A DNA stretch of 64,000 nucleotides from Candidatus Thorarchaeota archaeon SMTZ1-45 (GCA_001563335.1 LRSL01000069.1:115129-179128); one strand, 5' to 3'. Counted from the first letter of the stretch, positions 9,340 through 19,980 are shown. Translations and numbers: made by a program. Notes: generated from the letters alone by a model not told the origin.

Positions 9340-9984
9340 GTGATAATGATGAGTAAGATCCTGCCTGGCACAAAAACTACTCGCATGGAACTCCTTGCTC
9401 TAAAAAATAGAATGAGGTTGGCTGAAAGAGGGCACGATCTTCTCCGAGAGAAACGTGATTCGCTCATAATGGAATTCTTTAATGCCATAGCAGAGATTAA
9501 GGAAGCGAGAGTGAAAGTTGATGTTGCACTTTCAGAAGCTTTCTCAGCCCTTACTCAAGCAAAAATGGTAATGGGTCCTGCAAGAGTTGTAGAATTCGCA
9601 TATGCTAGTAAATTTGAAGCAAACCTTAGTATCTCAACAAGATCAATGATGGGGGTCAGAGTTCCAATCCTATCAGTAGAACAACATACTCCTGATCTTC
9701 CATATTCTCTCTCAGATTCAAGTGCCAAATTTGATGTTATGAGTGAAAAATTCAAGGAAGCTCTAACCGCAATTGTTCGGCTAGCTGAGATTGAATCAAC
9801 AGTGAAACGACTTGCGCTTGAAATTGAGCGCACAAAACGACGAGTGTCAGCTCTTGAAACTGTTGTAATACCTCGTCTTGATGCAACAGCACGGTTCGTA
9901 AAACTCGCACTTGAAGAACGAGAACGTGAAGACTTTGTAAGGTTAAAGATGGTTCGTGATTGGATTACTCAAGAGGAAGAATAA
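9340..9984 (+). CDS. atpD: A/V-type ATP synthase subunit D
   Basis: TRMELL..K.R..LAERGHDLLREKRD; EIERTKRRVSALE.VVIP. Confidence 0.95.
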   Translation: MIMMSKILPGTKTTRMELLALKNRMRLAERGHDLLREKRDSLIMEFFNAIAEIKEARVKVDVALSEAFSALTQAKMVMGPARVVEFAYASKFEANLSISTRSMMGVRVPILSVEQHTPDLPYSLSDSSAKFDVMSEKFKEALTAIVRLAEIESTVKRLALEIERTKRRVSALETVVIPRLDATARFVKLALEEREREDFVRLKMVRDWITQEEE

Positions 9985-10013
9985 ATAGAATGTATTATCT
10001 GTAATACAATATC

Positions 10014-10406
10014 CTAATGTCTTAACTTTAGAATAGCTGCCGCTAAATCTCCATCAGTTTCTTCCAAAGCCTGCTTTGCCACTTGAATGTCCACACCTGT
10101 TTGACTAGCTACCAATGCCGCATCCTCTATTGGTATCTCAACTTTCTTTTCAACAACATCTTCTGAAGTTGTTTCAATTTTACTTTCAATCTTTCCAGAT
10201 ATTTGTCTTTCATTTCTTGTACCTGTTACTTGAAAAGATTCACTACCAGCTTGCTTAATCATGGATAGTTGAACATTAGAAATGACCCACTCCTTATCAT
10301 CAAAACGAATTATTACTTCTTTTACACCGTCTATCTCCTTTTGTTCAATACCCATCTTCTTCATCATTCGCGCCATTTGTTTTGGTGACAGACCTCTAAA
10401 TCCCAT
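10014..10406 (-). CDS. nac: Nascent polypeptide-associated complex protein
   Basis: MMKKMGI NAC domain; C-terminal UBA GDLAAAILKL. Confidence 0.93.
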   Translation of the reverse strand: MGFRGLSPKQMARMMKKMGIEQKEIDGVKEVIIRFDDKEWVISNVQLSMIKQAGSESFQVTGTRNERQISGKIESKIETTSEDVVEKKVEIPIEDAALVASQTGVDIQVAKQALEETDGDLAAAILKLRH

Positions 10407-10494
10407 AGGATCATCTCCAATTCTTGATTGAAAGGTGCAGACAATAACCTGTACTTTCTCTCTGTAAATGCTGGTTTATGAGTCGATAAAACGA

Positions 10495-11325
10495 TTACGC
10501 TTCGGATGAGGTAGTTATATCAAATACATAGTGCCCTATTCTAGGTGAATAGTCCTTGACATAATGTGCGTTAATAGAAGAAGAATATCCATGTATTCTA
10601 CACATTTGTTCAATCTTCATCATGATATCCTTAACCTCAGACTCAGGCATACTCATATGCATATGAATAAAGCCTCCATCTTCCACTAAAGTTTCAAGAG
10701 CAAATGGAAGATACTCTATAGTATTATGTAGATATCCCATCACTATTCGATTGGCTGTTCCTTTTGGATGCACTTTGCGACAATCACCTAGTACTGCAAC
10801 TACTCTATTACCTAACCCATTCAGCTTTATATTCTCAAGCAAAAACTGGAATGCATTTTCGTTAATCTCTATTGCAATTACTTCGACGTCAGCTGACTTG
10901 GCAATATGAAGAGCAAATTGTCCAACACAAGAAAACATATCCACAATTTTTTCTTCGTTTTTAACAAGTTTCGATAATCGCATACGCTCCCTTCTATTAC
11001 CTCCAGAGAATGTAATATGAAGTGGGTCTAATCGAAATTTTATTCCATCTTCAATATGTGTAGTAATTGTATTACTATCTCCAGCAATTAATTCATATGA
11101 TGGTATTCTCTTGATGCTTTTTGTGGGTCCGATTTTCGTGGCAACCGACAATATTCGTTGATCATATTCGAGTGTCTTTTCACCAATAAATGAAGCATAC
11201 TTCATTAGACTAGAATCCAAATTCAGTAGGGCAACATTTCCTACGAGATGATAACCTGAAGGTAAAACAATACTCCTTGGAATTATCCCACTTAATTTGT
11301 TTCTGAGGAAATCTCTGTACCTCAT
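10495..11325 (-). CDS. Trm5/Tyw2 (Met-10+) family tRNA-modifying SAM-dependent transferase
   Basis: FSGGNRRERMR, VDMFSCVGQF, EINE, RIVMGY. Confidence 0.85.
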   Translation of the reverse strand: MRYRDFLRNKLSGIIPRSIVLPSGYHLVGNVALLNLDSSLMKYASFIGEKTLEYDQRILSVATKIGPTKSIKRIPSYELIAGDSNTITTHIEDGIKFRLDPLHITFSGGNRRERMRLSKLVKNEEKIVDMFSCVGQFALHIAKSADVEVIAIEINENAFQFLLENIKLNGLGNRVVAVLGDCRKVHPKGTANRIVMGYLHNTIEYLPFALETLVEDGGFIHMHMSMPESEVKDIMMKIEQMCRIHGYSSSINAHYVKDYSPRIGHYVFDITTSSEA

Positions 11326-11351
11326 TGTTGTTCACAAATCACTAGACTTGC

Positions 11352-12599
11352 TTAGCAATACATACTACCAGGAGCACGATCGCCTGTTCCTCGTTCTTGA
11401 ACCTTCGAGATAGCTTTTCGAAAATCATCTTGAATGACGCAAGTTCTATTGTCCCGAATCGCGAACATACCTGCCTCTGTGCATATTGTTTTGATATCTG
11501 CACCAGTTCTACCCTGAGTTGCAGACAGCAATAGATTGAAATCAACAGCAGTGTGTATCTTCATTCCACGGATGTGAATCTTGAAAATCTCTTTTCTACT
11601 CACGTCATCAGGCAATGGGAACTCAATAATTCTGTCAAAACGACCTGGTCTTAGAAGTGCTGGATCTAATATATCAGGGCGATTTGTTGCACCTAAAACA
11701 GCCACTTGACCGCGACTCTCAAAACCATCAAGTTCACTCAATAGCTGCATTAATGTACGTTGTACTTCTCTATCTCCTGAAGTGGCAATATCAAGTCTAT
11801 GAGAACCAACAGCATCAAGTTCATCTACGAAAATAATTGCTGGTGCTTTTTCCTTAGCAAGCATGAATATTTCTCTAACGAGTCGAGCTCCTTCACCTAT
11901 AAACTTCTGAACAAGCTCGGAGCCAATAACCCGGATAAAAGTCGCATTCGTTTCATGAGCTACAGCTCGAGCACATAGAGTCTTACCTGTTCCTGGTTTA
12001 CCTGTGAGTAGTACGCCTTTTGGAGGTTCTATACCAACCTCTTCAAATAATTCAGGTCTTAGAAGGGGAAGTTCTACAGTTTCTCGAATTTCTCTAAGCT
12101 GGTCTTGAAGTCCTCCAATATCCTGATATGATACATTAGGTGCTTCCTCGATTTCCATAGCTCGTATTATGGGGTCACGAGATGGTGGAAGTTCTTGAGT
12201 AATCGCAAATGATCTTTGATTAAGTGCTACTAGAGCTCCAGGTTGCAGTTTGTCTTTTGGAATTGACGAGGCAACATGAACTACAAAATTCGGTCCAGTG
12301 GAACTCTTGACAATTGCTCTACCATCCTCCAGCATCTCAGTTATTGTAGCAGTAATTAGAGGTGATTGTCTCAATTTCTCTAGTTCTGTCCTCAAAGTTT
12401 GAGTTTCTTTCTCAAGCCGACTACGTTCAGCTTGAAGTATTTGCTTTTCTGTTTCCAATGCTCTAAGTCTACGTTCTAGATGTCTTGTATAGCTTTGCGA
12501 GTATGCCGACTCATCAACGTTGCCTTCGTCTTTTGTGTCTGTAGTCCCTGGCATTGGATGGCACCTCAGGAGTTCATCCACTGTAGATGTTTTAAGCAT
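11352..12599 (-). CDS. pan: Proteasome-activating nucleotidase (start may be ATG 12554)
   Basis: Coiled coil and OB domain, [25 protein letters not shown]-terminal HbYX (MYC). Confidence 0.96.
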   Translation of the reverse strand: MLKTSTVDELLRCHPMPGTTDTKDEGNVDESAYSQSYTRHLERRLRALETEKQILQAERSRLEKETQTLRTELEKLRQSPLITATITEMLEDGRAIVKSSTGPNFVVHVASSIPKDKLQPGALVALNQRSFAITQELPPSRDPIIRAMEIEEAPNVSYQDIGGLQDQLREIRETVELPLLRPELFEEVGIEPPKGVLLTGKPGTGKTLCARAVAHETNATFIRVIGSELVQKFIGEGARLVREIFMLAKEKAPAIIFVDELDAVGSHRLDIATSGDREVQRTLMQLLSELDGFESRGQVAVLGATNRPDILDPALLRPGRFDRIIEFPLPDDVSRKEIFKIHIRGMKIHTAVDFNLLLSATQGRTGADIKTICTEAGMFAIRDNRTCVIQDDFRKAISKVQERGTGDRAPGSMYC

Positions 12600-12727
12600 T
12601 GCTTTGAGGGAGAAATGACATCATTACATATCAAGGTAAACAATATACAAATATCACTTACAAATTTGTTTAGTCGGCAATCTTTATCAACACACCCCGA
12701 CTCATTATCACCTAGAGGGAATCTGCT

Positions 12728-13312
12728 TTGCCTAGTTGTGAATTATGTGGCAGAAACATGAAGGGTCGCGGCAGAAACGTAACAATTGAAGGAGCTTCAA
12801 TGTTAGTTTGTCCTCAATGTGCCACTAAATTTGGTGGTCAGTCTATATCATCTGAATCTCGATCATCATTTGCTCCTCAAGTACGTCCATCTTGGATTGG
12901 AAGTTCTCAGAAAGCACCACCTATTCAAACTAGACGAGTTTCTAAACCCAAACCAAAACCCAAGGCTAGATCTGGTGTCCTGATTGATGACTTGGAGTTG
13001 ATAGAGGACTATGCAAAAGTGATTCGTGTTGCTAGACAAAAGAAGAATCTATCCCAAGAAGAGCTTGCCCAGAAGATTGGAGAAAGGATTTCAACGTTAC
13101 AATCAATTGAGTCTGGACGATTGAAACCAACAGGGAAAGCTATTCGAGGTCTTGAACGAGAACTTGAAATCTCTCTTCTAGAAGCTGTTGGTTCTGTCCC
13201 ACTTAAGCCAACCACTGATAAACCGGGTTCTGGTCCTACCCTTGGTGATAGGGTAGTTGTGAAAAGGAAAATGTCGCAAAAAGCGCGTCAGGATGATACC
13301 CAAGCGAAGTGA
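12728..13312 (+). CDS. mbf1: Archaeal multiprotein bridging factor 1 (Zn ribbon + HTH)
   Basis: CELCG...VCPQC, HTH LSQEELA, TLGD tail; divergent from pan. Confidence 0.9.
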   Translation: MPSCELCGRNMKGRGRNVTIEGASMLVCPQCATKFGGQSISSESRSSFAPQVRPSWIGSSQKAPPIQTRRVSKPKPKPKARSGVLIDDLELIEDYAKVIRVARQKKNLSQEELAQKIGERISTLQSIESGRLKPTGKAIRGLERELEISLLEAVGSVPLKPTTDKPGSGPTLGDRVVVKRKMSQKARQDDTQAK

Positions 13313-13412
13313 ATATATAGTATTTGGACGTATAATACTATAGGTGTAAATTTCCACTACGGATGTTTTCGCTGTTAATTGGGTCAGTCGACTAGCCATA
13401 TTACACACTTGG

Positions 13413-13946
13413 GTGATTACGTCAATGGTTCACACGAATTTCAATCACGACCTCTTCCGACTTGTTGTTGAGGAAATTGCTGGTAAGGAAGGGGTGGATG
13501 TATCGACTGTATTAGTTAATGCAGAAGAAACCACTGACGAAGAAATCGCAACTAAAACAGATCTCAAATTAAACATTGTTAGAAGAATCCTCTACAAGCT
13601 TCATGATAATCATTTAGCATCATACCGAAGAATCAGAGATGCAAATACAGGTTGGTTTCTATATTACTGGCGCATCGACCCCAAAAAGGCACAAGCTCTT
13701 GTTAATAGAAAGAAACGAATGGTACTCAATCTTCTTGAACAGAGATTAGAACATGAAACAAACAATGACCTCTACGTATGCATTAATCGTGATTCATCCC
13801 CAGTACCATTTGAAGAGGCAATGAATCTCTCCTTCCGATGTCCCACATGTAATGGTCAGCTAGAGTTTGTAGATAATGCAAGAGCAATCTCATTTCTGAG
13901 AAAACGTGTTGAAGAACTCAAAGCTGATTTAGAAGCATCCTCCTAA
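13413..13946 (+). CDS. tfe: Transcription factor E
   Basis: TDEEIA...VRRILYKL, TGWFLYYW, FRCPTC. Confidence 0.93.
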   Translation: MITSMVHTNFNHDLFRLVVEEIAGKEGVDVSTVLVNAEETTDEEIATKTDLKLNIVRRILYKLHDNHLASYRRIRDANTGWFLYYWRIDPKKAQALVNRKKRMVLNLLEQRLEHETNNDLYVCINRDSSPVPFEEAMNLSFRCPTCNGQLEFVDNARAISFLRKRVEELKADLEASS

Positions 13947-14023
13947 TGTTTTTACTTTTTATGAACTGATTTTTTACAAAAGGTACTTAGCAAAACTCAA
14001 GAAAATAAGCCCGAGGTTATTAT

Positions 14024-14794
14024 TTGAAAACTGTTGTTCTGCTTCCAAAGGCGTATGGAGTAAATAGAGGCCGATTACTTGAAATTATTAGATCAGAAGT
14101 ATCAGAAATGGTGGTAGAACTTGATGCAGAAATCATAAGTCTGGGTACTGACAAAAGGAATCACATTATCATAAACATAAATGGTGAAGATGAGGAATTT
14201 GTAGTCAATGTCCTCGCTAAGGAGTATGGTAAATCACTTCAATCAGACAATCTAATTCCAAACAAGACATATCTTGGTCAGCTCATAGATGTTGGAAAAG
14301 TAGGTTATGGACTATATTCGGATATTGGGGTAACTGATTCAAAACGATTGGATGTACTAATTCCACTTCACAGGCTACGTGAACAATTTGATTTACAAGG
14401 TCCCTTGAAGATGATCGTAGATGCATTTGTTCTTGTAGAACATCTTCCTGTTACGGTGAACCTTACAAGTATTGATTTGTATAACAATCGAATTGAAGGA
14501 GAACTCAATCAATCGACACTGACACGTATTACAGAGTGGATGCAAGACGATCATGAACGACTTCTAGTGTTTGGCGCCAATTTATATCAAATAGAAATCT
14601 CATTGAAAAAAGCGAACCATAGAGAAGACATCTATGAGATAGAGCAGCTAGGCAAGTTTGAGTTTTCACTTAGATGCAAAAGAAGTACACGCGCCTCTGG
14701 GATTCTTGCATCAATTGGCCCTAGACTAAGAGGTGTTCCAATACACCTCTTCATACCAAAAGAACTTGAGGCAAAGAAACATGCCAAGACTTGA
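14024..14794 (+). CDS. DUF2110 family protein
   Basis: DVGKVGYGLYSDIG; conserved position downstream of tfe. Confidence 0.8.
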   Translation: MKTVVLLPKAYGVNRGRLLEIIRSEVSEMVVELDAEIISLGTDKRNHIIININGEDEEFVVNVLAKEYGKSLQSDNLIPNKTYLGQLIDVGKVGYGLYSDIGVTDSKRLDVLIPLHRLREQFDLQGPLKMIVDAFVLVEHLPVTVNLTSIDLYNNRIEGELNQSTLTRITEWMQDDHERLLVFGANLYQIEISLKKANHREDIYEIEQLGKFEFSLRCKRSTRASGILASIGPRLRGVPIHLFIPKELEAKKHAKT

Positions 14795-15458
14795 TGTATG
14801 GCTTGTAGAAACAGGCCGATTCTCTTCTCGTCAAGCGGCAAAAAGAGCAATCAAAGATGGTTTAGTCACAGTAAATGGATTAGGATGTAAGCCATCAACT
14901 CAAGTTTCTGAGAAAGACAAAATCGAATTACATAGTACTGAAGCTGATGTCCCACAAGGTTTTCAAAAATTAAAAGAACTTGATAAATACCTACAAGGCA
15001 AACTTGTCTGTAGTGATTGCAAAGCTCTGGACATTGGTAGTTCTGCAGGTGGTTTTCTAATCTATTTAGCTGAAAAAGGAGCAAAAGTGGTAGGTATTGA
15101 GGTTTCTGAGAGATTTGTAAAAGAGCTGTATGCTATTGTTGAAAAATATCAAAACATATCGGTACTTTTTACTGATGCTTTTGATATGGATCCAAATATT
15201 ATCGCTAGCGATGACCAGCTTGATCTACTTCTTGTTGATGTTACAACAGAACCTGAGGGCACATTGATACTAATCAAGAAATTTACATCTCTACTAAAAA
15301 GAAAGGGTCGTCTGCTTGCAGCATTCAAATCAAATCACAAATCTGACATATTATCATATCTAAAAGATGGTATTGCCCAGCTTGGATATATACAGATTCA
15401 AGAGATAATTCTAGACAAATCGCGTCAAGAAGTTCACATCACTGCAATTCGCATGTAA
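14781..15458 (+). CDS. S4-domain + FtsJ/TlyA-like RNA methyltransferase
   Basis: MPRLDVWL...SRQAAKRAI S4 domain; LDIGSSAGGF SAM motif. Confidence 0.85.
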   Translation: MPRLDVWLVETGRFSSRQAAKRAIKDGLVTVNGLGCKPSTQVSEKDKIELHSTEADVPQGFQKLKELDKYLQGKLVCSDCKALDIGSSAGGFLIYLAEKGAKVVGIEVSERFVKELYAIVEKYQNISVLFTDAFDMDPNIIASDDQLDLLLVDVTTEPEGTLILIKKFTSLLKRKGRLLAAFKSNHKSDILSYLKDGIAQLGYIQIQEIILDKSRQEVHITAIRM

Positions 15459-15495
15459 GCAACTTTTTATTTGATTAACAAACCCAACTTTCTCA

Positions 15496-15605
15496 GGGGC
15501 GGTAGTCTAGCCCGGCTATGATGTCTCGCTTACACCGAGAAACCATTGAAGCTCTTTGCTCTTTGGACTCGAGGGTCGCTGGTTCAAATCCGGCCCGCCC
15601 CACCA
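15496..15605 (+). tRNA. tRNA-Val(TAC) with a 32-nt intron at 44/45 (15542-15573)
   Basis: GGGGCGG/CCGCCCC acceptor, TCTCG-CTTACAC-CGAGA anticodon arm, T arm, encoded CCA; BHB central helix CGAG/CTCG. Confidence 0.88.
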
Positions 15606-15722
15606 TTTCTTATAGCTTGTCAATTCCGCACCAAAGAGTTGAAGAGTATGTATGCCGCAAAGAAGCAATGCGGTAAGCTCCTACATTTAGAGAATAGCTT
15701 GTCGCTTGTCTGACTGAGTCTT

Positions 15723-15825
15723 GCGGGAGTAGCCAAGCCCGGTCAAAGGCGGCGGACTTAAGATCGCATGAAATCAAGGGGTCATGTGAATAAGCTATCC
15801 GCTCTCGTAGGAGTTCGTGGGTTCG
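15723..15825 (+). pseudogene. 3'-truncated copy of tRNA-Leu(TAA) including its intron (att-like repeat)
   Basis: 103 nt aligning to 19716-19818 with 5 differences; stops at GGTTCG and has no 3' acceptor strand. Confidence 0.85.
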
Positions 15826-15999
15826 GTGAATAAGTATCTGCCTTACAGGTGGCCTTTTGGTGCATATCTTATTTCGAAATTGGGTCTATAATTCATCATC
15901 GCTAAAGCAGAGCTTTCGAATGGTTGGATGTCTTTTCCTCGATAGATTTGTCCTGCTGCCAGCCAGTTAAAAAAAACATTATTGAAGTGGATAAGAGGA

Positions 16000-16317
16000 C
16001 TATGCAGCTATCTCTCTAATCTTCTTATCCACTTCTTGTTCAAGCTCTATAATTATCTGAGCAACTCTTTTTCCAAAATGGTTCAATTCATAGTAGGAAT
16101 ATGATCCCTCTTCAGTTCTTTCGAATACATTTACTAACAATCCAATCGTGTCAAAGAATTTCAAATCTCTAACGAGTGTAGTACTACTTTTGATATTACT
16201 TTTCTTTTTCAGTTTATTAAATGGTATTCTATTCTCGTAAAGATCCATCAGTATTTTACGTTGTCTTTTGTTCTCTAAGAGATGCAGTATTACTTCTTTT
16301 GTATCCCAATCTGCCAT
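16000..16317 (-). CDS. Winged-helix transcriptional regulator (ArsR/HxlR-like)
   Basis: R.KIL..L....FNKLK...SSTTL..DLK....GLL...YYELNHFG. Confidence 0.75.
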   Translation of the reverse strand: MADWDTKEVILHLLENKRQRKILMDLYENRIPFNKLKKKSNIKSSTTLVRDLKFFDTIGLLVNVFERTEEGSYSYYELNHFGKRVAQIIIELEQEVDKKIREIAA

Positions 16318-16496
16318 TGATTTCTTTCTCCTCTCTGGTTCCTCTTACACGCAAGTGTCATACTTTTTATGTTATAGAGACACTTAAAGGTTACTAGGAT
16401 GGCAATTAGTAACTATTAAAAGACTTAGTATCATATATGTAACTTGATAATTCCTGTTGAGATAATAGTAATTAAAATGCCGGGAGGACATAAATA

Positions 16497-17108
16497 GTGG
16501 AAGAACGGCGACTCAAACCACTCAAAGTTCGTGGTAGAGTTGAAATGCCGAAAGACGCATGGAACACAAGGGCAACTACATTTGAGAAGAATGTAGAAAA
16601 ACACATAGGTAATGTAAAAGTCCTTCTCCTTGGTCCGGGTTATCCTGAAGGTCAGTTAGAAATCCGGACTCAAATTGCAGATAGACTTGAGAAAGATGGT
16701 TGCGATATCTATATCATGGAAACGATGAGCCCAATTAGCTCCTTTAATATCGATGAGAAATTCCGTGACATTTTGAATGAAATACGCCCAGAACTGATTA
16801 TTTGTGTCTTCACTAAAGAAGGAGCACCTCATGGTGTGATTTATGAGGTTGGTTTTATCTGTGGGCATTATGGGATTGATCAAGCATTGAGCTGTCTTCG
16901 TTTCTGTTTTCACAATGAACTAGAGAAAATTAAGAACATTCCTGCTTATCTTTACTTTTTACTATCAAGAACACAATACTGGGAATTCTATGATGAAGGA
17001 AAAGGTCCTACTCTCTATACACGTATTATACAGTTAATCAGAGATGAAGTTGTTCGACAATATTGCCCCACTGATTTATCTGATAAAACCAAAACTCCTC
17101 GTGAATGA
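16497..17108 (+). CDS. Hypothetical protein, TIR / nucleoside-deoxyribosyltransferase-like fold
   Basis: VLLLGPG beta1 strand, R.QI...L helix, LIICVF...PHGVIYEVGF with the Glu at the catalytic position. Confidence 0.55.
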   Translation: MEERRLKPLKVRGRVEMPKDAWNTRATTFEKNVEKHIGNVKVLLLGPGYPEGQLEIRTQIADRLEKDGCDIYIMETMSPISSFNIDEKFRDILNEIRPELIICVFTKEGAPHGVIYEVGFICGHYGIDQALSCLRFCFHNELEKIKNIPAYLYFLLSRTQYWEFYDEGKGPTLYTRIIQLIRDEVVRQYCPTDLSDKTKTPRE

Positions 17109-17224
17109 TCACAAAAAGACTCAGGAGTATTTTCTATATCAGTCCAGTACATCTTACTTTTTATCATAACATATTAGTTAAATACAATACCGAAGAGTTG
17201 AAGAGTGATTTTGGAGATGTTTTA

Positions 17225-18658
17225 CTAATCTTCGTACTCTACGATTGGTACGTTTCTAGTTACCCATTTTGTAAGTTTTTTCATGAACAACTCTGTATTC
17301 AGAATTGAGTAATGGCTTAAATCACCCTCTGACAAACTTACATCAACTGTTTCAATTATTGTGTCAGGTGCTTCTTTACCAGTGGTTTCTATAGTAAACC
17401 TAGCTAGAGGTTCAATATGTATACCCTCCACAAGGAAAACTCCAAAGATGAATACAGTCTTTGTCGACTTGATAACACGGAGTTCACACAATGGACTTGA
17501 CCTAGAATACTCACGAAGTCTGAGTCCTGACAAAATTATATCTTTAAGCTCTATATAGTTTGCAATTCGTTCTCTATGAATCTTCGAGGTGATTATTTCT
17601 GAAATTCGTTCATATTCACTTTTTGCCCCGCGGCCATGGGTAAGTTTAATGATATATTCTTCACCACTGAAGAAAAGTCCTGAAACTGTGGACTGTGCCT
17701 TCCATCTGAGATGTGTTTCATCATCCCAAGAAATATCAACCATCCATTTTTGTCCTGCAACATTCAGATAGGTTCCAGGTTCGAGTCGCTTCAAGTTCAA
17801 TCCCTTGCCACGAAGCAACATACGAATGTACCTCTCCTCATGGAACACAATGCTTTCATCCTTCTCCGAAACTGCTGGTAATAGCACTTCTAACTGGTAT
17901 AACCTCCCAGCATACAGTTTTTCGGGTGCAAGCAGCCCGTTAATCTCTTCTCCCGTCATTGTTCTTCCAAGTTGTCGTCTTACTTGTTTTGGACAGTCTA
18001 ATGGTAAGGTGATTCTCCAACATGCTCCATGATCAACAGCATTATCAATAGCTATTGGGCATCTGGACTTGTCGTGTTCAATGCCTACAGAAATTGATTT
18101 AGCCTCTTCAAAGAATTGAGCTATTCGTTTTGGTAGTTCTTCTGGGGTTGACCTTGCAGCCTTATATGAAACATATGGTTTCAAGAAGTCCAAATCTCCA
18201 AACTGGATGTCTTCAAAGACACTCCAAGTCACATAAGTGCCAGAGTCTGTGAACATAGGTCCACTTTGTATCATAGGCCATCGAAGAAGTGATATGAGAT
18301 CCGTGGTGTTCTCAAGAGTAACTATTTGAAGCACTTCTTCTCTTTCATCAATGAATTTGACTTGACATTCCCCTTTTGCCATCTCTAAGTATATAGTGAC
18401 TGGAGAAGGTCTGGACACGGATTCGATATACCTTCTTAAGGCATCCACCACCCGTTTGGAAAAGGTTTCTGTAAGTCGATTCGCTGACATGGGTCGAGTT
18501 CGATAGATCTCAGGGAAAGTCTGACGGACTGCCCGAAGATGGCTAACAAATGAACGCCCTTCGCCAATCAACTCCAAGAGTCCTGAGTCCACTGCTTGAT
18601 CATCACCCGGTCTTGAACTCCAGACCTCCACACCCGATTCAGTCTTTGAACCTGTCAT
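17225..18658 (-). pseudogene. Probable C-terminal fragment of a large hypothetical protein
   Basis: 477-aa ORF; the frame stays open upstream of the ATG into the tnpB fragment; no SD or promoter space. Confidence 0.55.
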
Positions 18659-18712
18659 GAGGATTTGAGGTAGTCTGATAATATCATCAAGACTCTGGTT
18701 TGTAAGTATCTC

Positions 18713-19555
18713 TTGACTGGTTTCAGCCCAGAGAAAACCATCTCTGCTCCGCCAATCATTAGCATTGTAGGAAAAAAGGCAACACTATTCCTCCCTTTCA
18801 TGTCTCCCAATGAACAGCTATTGAAAACCTCGCTTTCATCACTACCCACCCGGAAAAAACAGGCTGGAGTTGATAGAGGACTTAGATATGCTATGGTCGT
18901 GTCGATACAAAATGAAGATGATTCCTATCAAGAGGTTATGATTGGAAGACAAGAACTCTTTGAGAAAAGAGAAAGACTCAGACAACGTACTAGAGTATTG
19001 ATGTCTCAGATTGCTCTTAAAAAGAGCAACTGGGAAAGAAAACATCCTAATCAGCAATTTCCAGCTATTGTTCTGAAGAAAGAACAGGAGCTGGAATCAG
19101 TATGGCAAAAAGTCCGTCGATTAGATAAGGAAATTTCTCATCAGATAGCATCTGAAACCGTGTGGTTCTGTGAGTATCAAGGCGTGAAGACTATCTACTT
19201 TGAGGATCTTCGTTCTTTCCAAGGAAGGGGTGGTATGAAAAGACATAGCTGGAACCTCTCTACTAACCTCTGGGGAATGATGATAGATGGTGTACGATAC
19301 CGCCGAGAATCCATGGGACACAAGAATGGAGGAATCTGGCTGGTGAATCCAGCTTGGACTTCTCAAACATGTCATGTGTGTGGAACACACGGTAGGCGCG
19401 TGGACACTGAAGATTCCATTATCGAAGTGAAAGGGGGCGAGTATTTTCACTGTTTAAAATGTAATCAACATTACCACGCTGATGTGAACGCAGCAAGGAA
19501 CATAATGCAAATCAAACAATCAAAACCCAGTGTCGTTCCTGGGCGGACTTCTTGA
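18713..19555 (+). mobile_element. tnpB: IS200/IS605-family TnpB, N-terminally truncated
   Basis: RuvC-I GVDRG, RuvC-II FEDL, TSQTCHVC...CLKC Zn finger, RuvC-III ADVNAARNI; in-frame TAG at 18671. Confidence 0.85.
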
Positions 19556-19715
19556 AACCTAGTTTGTCCAACTAACAATGAACGAATCGAAGCCCACCTC
19601 CCAACCAAGAATCAACAATTGATTTGATGAAGTTTCGAAGTACCAAAGAATTCAAGAGTACTTCTTATATCAAAGCGCAAAGCCGACTAGTCATAGAGAC
19701 CGGACAAATTTCCGT

Positions 19716-19834
19716 GCGGGAGTTGCCAAGCCCGGTCAAAGGCGGCGGACTTAAGATCGCATGAAATAAAGGGGTCATGTGAATAGGCTATCCGCTCTCG
19801 TAGGAGTCCGCGGGTTCGAATCCCGCCTCCCGCA
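19716..19834 (+). tRNA. tRNA-Leu(TAA) with a canonical 37/38 intron (19756-19789)
   Basis: GCGGGAG/CTCCCGC acceptor, long variable arm, BHB central helix CTTA/TAGG. Confidence 0.93.
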
Positions 19835-19980
19835 CTCTATCAAATTGTATGATTGAAACTTTGTCTTGGCGCTTATCACGAATGATAAGACCATGTTCGA
19901 TGAGAATGTGTTCTGCACCAACCATGTGTTTGAGTCCACATGCCAATTTCTAAAAGGACATCGAACTTGTCGTCCTCAGT

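Larger units (their letters stand above)
15723..19834. mobile_element. Decayed tRNA-Leu-anchored genomic island
   Basis: Bounded by tRNA-Leu direct repeats; accessory and truncated cargo; no integrase remains. Confidence 0.65.

Noticed and set aside
15634-17206. 14-bp direct repeat AAGAGTTGAAGAGT at 15634 and 17193
   Set aside because: Low complexity, only two copies, and does not coincide with the island boundaries
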